30,300 nucleotides of DNA from positions 1-30,300 of the forward strand of contig DAOVET010000029.1 of NCBI GenBank assembly GCA_030668825.1, in the 5' to 3' direction. This document shows, in pieces, positions 26,168-30,300 of this stretch. The position numbers and the translations under genes are program-made. Within the stretch, counting starts at the first letter, position 1. The number at the start of each line of letters is the position of its first letter. The notes under the pieces are model-generated. The model did no database searches. It saw only the letters and a program-made list of their open reading frames with translations, and had not been told where the DNA came from. Source of the stretch: Candidatus Heimdallarchaeota archaeon. GTDB lineage: Archaea > Asgardarchaeota > Heimdallarchaeia > Heimdallarchaeales > Heimdallarchaeaceae.

Positions 26168-28515
26168 ATATAGATACTGTACGTTCTTATCTCCAAAGTA
26201 ATCAACAAGACAAAATTCCTCTAGGAAATCTCAAAGTACTTAATATATTGGTTGAGTTGATGGCTGATGGTGATGAAAGAGTAAGAAGAAAGAGCTCAGA
26301 CTTGATTTTTAGTTCGGAATTTATTCCCACAAAAAATATTGTTGAATTTTATCTTAAAAATCCTCATCCACATATTAAACAAGTAGTTACTAAAAATATG
26401 AAATATTTCATACCAATTCTCTATGAATATTTAACTAATGATTCTAGCTTTGATTCAATTTATGATATTATTTCTCCTTTTAAACCAGATCAGTTGTTTA
26501 AATCCATTCAGGAATCTTATAAGGTTGTTCCAATCTTGTCAACTCTGACAGAACTTACCTTGAGAACTTGTGATTCAGATTTTTCTAATCTAGAAGATTC
26601 ATTTATAACTTACAACTTCATATCTATGAAAACAAAAGAAATTAAGAAAATTCTATCTTATAGAATAAAACAATCTAATACTATTTTTCCTGAATTAACT
26701 CTTCTTACAGTCACGAAATTTCCTGAGTTAGCAGTTCTAATTATCAAGAATATCAGAGATATTATTTTGAAAGATAAGAGTGAAGTAAATATTCAATATG
26801 GATCTTTAGCATTAATGCTGGTTGATGAACCAAAAAACAGTGATGTCTTAATAGAAAGACTTGCAAATAAGAATGATTCAACTGATACTAAACTCGCAAT
26901 AATCGAAGCTTTAGGGAATTTAGGTAATGATAATGCTTGTGAGGTTTTAATTGAACAATTCGAAAAAGGAGAGCCCTTAGCATACTATGCTGCTAGATCT
27001 CTTTCTTTGCTTGGTGACAATGTTCTACCATTTCTTATCTCAGCTCTTGAGGAAGATAAGAATATTCCTTTCATAATAGAGACGATGAAAAGAATTGGCG
27101 AATCAAGTTACGATCATTTAATGGTCGCTCTCCATAAAGGTAAGAGAAATGTAAGTAGAAATGCTGCCCAATGTTTAACTCTTGTGATGAGCGAAAAATA
27201 TGGATATGTAGGGGCAATAAGATTACTTACAGGCCAATTAGCTGGTAAGAATCCTTCTATTATAGAAGCTGTGACTGAAGCTTTGTTAACCTTAGGTACT
27301 CCATCAATAAGGGTGTTAATTGAAGAGCTGATTGATGACGATTTAAGGTTAAGAAAGAATGCTATAGAGGTGTTACACTATTTTGGTTCTGATAATATTG
27401 ACTTATCCTTAGATGGTCTGCTAGATGTCGACCTTTCTCTAGTTGTAAAATTGGGTATCATCTTATATCTATACTATCCTACCGAAGAACTGCAGAATCT
27501 GGGTTATTCTTTCGCTCTTCAATCAGAAAAATTACGAAGTAAAGAAGATGAAATATTTAATATAGTTTTAAAATCATTAGGGGAAATCGATCGTGAAATA
27601 AGAGAAAAAGGTTGTGGTTTAATGTCGCAATTTGGAGCAAAAGCTGTTCCAGCTCTGTCTGACCTTCTCGCAGACCCTAATATTCAAGTTAGAAGAAAAG
27701 CAGTTGAATCTCTTAGAAGAATTAAAAACAAAAGAGCTCTAATAACTCTAATAAATGCAGCAAAGAAAAATGATGATATAATTGCTGAAATATCAACTCG
27801 TGCTTTGGGAGAGTTAAGAGATCCTGGCGTTATCGATGTTATCATCAACAATATGAAAAGATCTAAACAATTAGTTCGAGATGCAGCTGTTTATGCAGCT
27901 GTAAATATTGGAGCTCCAATTGCAAAGAAGTTATTTTCTAATCTTAATTCCCCTAACAATAATTTAGTTAACGCTACAGTAGATGCTATTGGTCAAATGG
28001 ATTCGAAAGTTCTTGAACTGACATTTTCTAATCTACAATCAAAGGATGAGAGGTGGTTTAGAAATCTTAAACGTATTGTAGAAAAAATGGGTGTATCAGC
28101 AATTCCAGTCCTTAAAGCCAGATATAATAAAGAGAAGAATGAAAAAGCAAGGACTAGACTTATCATCTTACTATCAAAAGCAAAGGATACTTCAATCATG
28201 TTAGATCTCATTAAAATGATAAATGAAGGCAATATGAAAACTGGTGTTACTGCACTCAATAATATTGGAGTTGATGGTTCAAAACAATTAGTAAAGGAAT
28301 TGAAGAACACATCTCTAAAACAAAAGAATACTTTCATAGAAAAGAGCAAAGGCATTGATTCAAAAATTGTAATTAATCTACTGCAAGCTGCAAATAAAAC
28401 TGATAAATTAGAAAAGTTAACACCTTTGATTCTCAAATCACATATAAGAGCAATTAGAAAATACTGCCAAGATGAAAATCTAGATTATGATGATTTCATC
28501 AAGGATTTTCAATGA
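26164..28515 (+). CDS. HEAT-repeat (PBS-lyase-type alpha-solenoid) protein
   Basis: Repeats such as AVPALSDLLADPNIQVRRKAVESLRRI, IRVLIEELIDDDLRLRKNAIEVL, AIIEALGNLG. TTGA overlap with the GTPase stop; GAGGAGG at 26149-26155. Confidence 0.88.
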   Translation: MNIDTVRSYLQSNQQDKIPLGNLKVLNILVELMADGDERVRRKSSDLIFSSEFIPTKNIVEFYLKNPHPHIKQVVTKNMKYFIPILYEYLTNDSSFDSIYDIISPFKPDQLFKSIQESYKVVPILSTLTELTLRTCDSDFSNLEDSFITYNFISMKTKEIKKILSYRIKQSNTIFPELTLLTVTKFPELAVLIIKNIRDIILKDKSEVNIQYGSLALMLVDEPKNSDVLIERLANKNDSTDTKLAIIEALGNLGNDNACEVLIEQFEKGEPLAYYAARSLSLLGDNVLPFLISALEEDKNIPFIIETMKRIGESSYDHLMVALHKGKRNVSRNAAQCLTLVMSEKYGYVGAIRLLTGQLAGKNPSIIEAVTEALLTLGTPSIRVLIEELIDDDLRLRKNAIEVLHYFGSDNIDLSLDGLLDVDLSLVVKLGIILYLYYPTEELQNLGYSFALQSEKLRSKEDEIFNIVLKSLGEIDREIREKGCGLMSQFGAKAVPALSDLLADPNIQVRRKAVESLRRIKNKRALITLINAAKKNDDIIAEISTRALGELRDPGVIDVIINNMKRSKQLVRDAAVYAAVNIGAPIAKKLFSNLNSPNNNLVNATVDAIGQMDSKVLELTFSNLQSKDERWFRNLKRIVEKMGVSAIPVLKARYNKEKNEKARTRLIILLSKAKDTSIMLDLIKMINEGNMKTGVTALNNIGVDGSKQLVKELKNTSLKQKNTFIEKSKGIDSKIVINLLQAANKTDKLEKLTPLILKSHIRAIRKYCQDENLDYDDFIKDFQ

Positions 28516-28660
28516 TGAGTTGTTGTCATCTTGTCATAATAGACAAGAGTTGTTGAACTTCTTTTTTAGAGGTCATTGTGGGTCTACACTCACTCTACGT
28601 GGATACATCACGTATCCTCCTACCCCGTTCACACTCCGCTTAGGTAGTGCTTTCGGATCG
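28515..28660 (-). ncRNA. Putative TnpB omegaRNA scaffold / IS right end
   Basis: Homologous to 287-421. Perfect hairpin GGATAC-N5-GTATCC at 28601-28617. Similarity ends at AACTCAT (28521-28515, - strand). Confidence 0.6.
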
Positions 28661-29823
28661 CTTTTAACTAAGATATTATATGCAGCATTGACATCAGCAT
28701 TGATTAGATGGCCTTGAGCTGAACGAAATAACCCTCGTTCTGTTCTTCGTCCAACATACTTTATTCGTTTCTTGGGAAACTCATTATCCAGAAAACTGCT
28801 TTTAGAAGTATATTGTTCAGGGATGAGCTCAACTTTAATTCCATGTTCAGCTGCTTTGTATTTCAGCTGGTTGATAATTCTCATGAAGGGAATGGCAACA
28901 AACATCTGAGTAATTTTCTTCCAGAAATGAACATTTTGTTTCCATTTTTCATTGTACCCGATGATCACTTCATGTAAGTCCCGTTCCACCCACAAGTCTA
29001 CAAGATACTTGGTGAGTTTATGAATGGCATCTTTGAGTTTTTTGCGCCACTTCTCGCGAAGATGATAATAGGCTGGACCATAGCTGAGTTTATTCCTTTT
29101 TTTCAATTGGTTTCTTTGTTGTTGCACATATTGCTCTTGTAATTGTGTCTGCTTTTTCAAATAATACTGGATAATACTTCTGATTCCTCTCCCGTGATCC
29201 TTGATAACAATTGGTTGAGTGCCAAGGTTATCCACAAAGGCTACAAAGTTGATAGACCCTAAATCGATAGCACCTTTCCTAGTAAAACGTTTTCGCTGTT
29301 TAGGTAAGACTTTCTCATACACTAGTTCGAGAGTGTAACCCACTCGTCGAGGGACAATTCTTACTTCTTTCAACGTGGTACGCGCTGTCAGTCGAGTTTT
29401 GTAGTAAAAGCCTACTTTCTTAGGAAGGACTAGCCAACCATTTTGTAGTCTCGCTTGCTGGTTGGTGAAGATAGCTACAACTTCCCCATCTTTAGCTTTG
29501 TAGTTAGGAGGTTGAGGCATAGCGAAGAACGCTGCAGGATTCTTTTTCCACTCCTTCAGTGCACGAAAATATCCTTTCCAATTTCTGCAAAGGAGCTTGA
29601 TTGTATGTTGTGCAGTATGTGCAGGAAGGGTTTTGTAACACGCTTCTTCCTTAAGTAAGGTGTTGAGGTCATAGTACACTAATAACTTGTTCTTCTTCCT
29701 CAACGATTGCTTTACTAGATAATTCGTTCGATTATAGAGGTTTTTCACTTGATGACAAAGTGTACTCAGAGCTTGATGATAGGAAAGTTCTATGCATTCT
29801 ACTCGTAGTACTTTTGTCATCAC
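28573..29823 (-). CDS. tnpB: TnpB (IS200/IS605 family, IS1341-like, no adjacent tnpA)
   Basis: N-terminal KNLYN and P.PP.YK; RuvC-I GAIDLG; IIGYNEKWKQ; LKYKA; PEQYTSKSS; RuvC-III NADVNAAYNI. Confidence 0.95.
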   Translation of the reverse strand: MMTKVLRVECIELSYHQALSTLCHQVKNLYNRTNYLVKQSLRKKNKLLVYYDLNTLLKEEACYKTLPAHTAQHTIKLLCRNWKGYFRALKEWKKNPAAFFAMPQPPNYKAKDGEVVAIFTNQQARLQNGWLVLPKKVGFYYKTRLTARTTLKEVRIVPRRVGYTLELVYEKVLPKQRKRFTRKGAIDLGSINFVAFVDNLGTQPIVIKDHGRGIRSIIQYYLKKQTQLQEQYVQQQRNQLKKRNKLSYGPAYYHLREKWRKKLKDAIHKLTKYLVDLWVERDLHEVIIGYNEKWKQNVHFWKKITQMFVAIPFMRIINQLKYKAAEHGIKVELIPEQYTSKSSFLDNEFPKKRIKYVGRRTERGLFRSAQGHLINADVNAAYNILVKSDPKALPKRSVNGVGGYVMYPRRVSVDPQ

Positions 29824-29943
29824 CTTTCTCCCTTGAATTCCCTATAAAAGCTCCTGTAATAATTGTTCTAAAAGTGTCTTCCAAAGTGATTCATTGTACT
29901 TTTAATATGACTCCATGACGATGAATAATCATAAATTAAGAAT

Positions 29944-30300
29944 TCAAAGGATTTCTTCAATAGATAAAGGTCCTTCTCTGAAATCCTCTTTTTTGTCTAG
30001 TTTTTGCGAAAAACTCTTTGCAAGAATTGGAGCTGCTGATAGCTCAAACTGTAAAGGTATATTGAAGTGAAACATCTTTTTTGATGCAGAAACTTGTATC
30101 CAATCATTTATTGAATCACAAATACTGATTTGAGTGTGATATGAATCAATAATTTCCAGAGAATCTGTTAAAGAAAATACTTTACCAAAATCACTTTTTA
30201 CCTTGCTTATGCTCTTTTTCTCATCTTCTCTCCCTAAAGAATGTAAGATATGAAAATAACCCGCTTCTTCCAACCACATCAAAGATGAGGTTGACATGTC
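29944..30300 (-). CDS. Hypothetical protein, probably C-terminal part truncated by the window end
   Basis: Frame remains open to nt 30300 (GAC precedes the ATG at 30297). No recognisable motif. Confidence 0.55.
   Translation of the reverse strand, partial: DMSTSSLMWLEEAGYFHILHSLGREDEKKSISKVKSDFGKVFSLTDSLEIIDSYHTQISICDSINDWIQVSASKKMFHFNIPLQFELSAAPILAKSFSQKLDKKEDFREGPLSIEEIL

Larger units (their letters stand above)
28515..29940 (-). mobile_element. IS1341-like tnpB-only element inserted at the 3' end of the HEAT gene
   Basis: tnpB plus conserved right end; visibly higher GC than neighbours. The left end is not defined and lies somewhere in 29824-29943. Confidence 0.6.

Noticed and set aside
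3437-28436. Numerous 60-150 aa ORFs antisense to long genes (e.g. 3437-3664, 5919-6230, 6584-7012, 9175-9531, 24116-24418, 27993-28436)
   Set aside because: They lie almost wholly opposite well-supported CDSs and have no recognisable motifs, as expected for shadow ORFs.
28487-29658. Plus-strand ORFs 28487-28717 and 29455-29658 as a possible tnpA or accessory gene
   Set aside because: They are antisense to tnpB, with no HUH/Y1 or serine-recombinase motifs.
1-29823. Two inward-facing tnpB elements bracketing ~28 kb, suggesting a composite transposon or island
   Set aside because: The copies are clearly diverged, IS200/IS605 elements are not known to mobilise cargo this way, and the enclosed genes (pyk, top6AB, alba) are housekeeping-type. 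Independent insertions are more likely.
1-30300. tRNA or rRNA genes
   Set aside because: Intergenic spaces are short and AT-rich, and no cloverleaf or rRNA-like sequence was seen.

Overview
AT-rich, gene-dense archaeal chromosomal segment, most likely from an Asgard archaeon. That is inferred from Alba, a eukaryote-like Topo VI, a Rab-like GTPase, a CD36-like protein and tubulin-superfamily genes; no rRNA marker is present. Left to right: 3' end of a TnpB; a membrane protein plus CetZ/FtsZ-like GTPase operon (-); pyruvate kinase; a second tubulin-fold paralog that has lost its GTP-binding motifs; a CD36-like receptor with an inserted LVIVD beta-propeller; a 4193-aa Topo VI B subunit carrying ~3500 aa of degenerate helix-hairpin-helix-like repeats and an H1-like basic tail; Topo VI A with an apparent N-terminal ubiquitin-like domain; Alba with PAKK repeats; a degenerate CPBP/CAAX protease; a Rab-like GTPase coupled to a HEAT-repeat protein; a full-length TnpB (-); and a truncated hypothetical ORF. 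Best candidates for undescribed systems: (1) the giant Topo VI / Ubl-Top6A / H1-tailed Alba chromatin locus, (2) the active plus pseudo-GTPase tubulin-like pair, (3) the CD36-LVIVD receptor. All family assignments come from motif recognition by eye and from remembered reference sequences, not from database searches.
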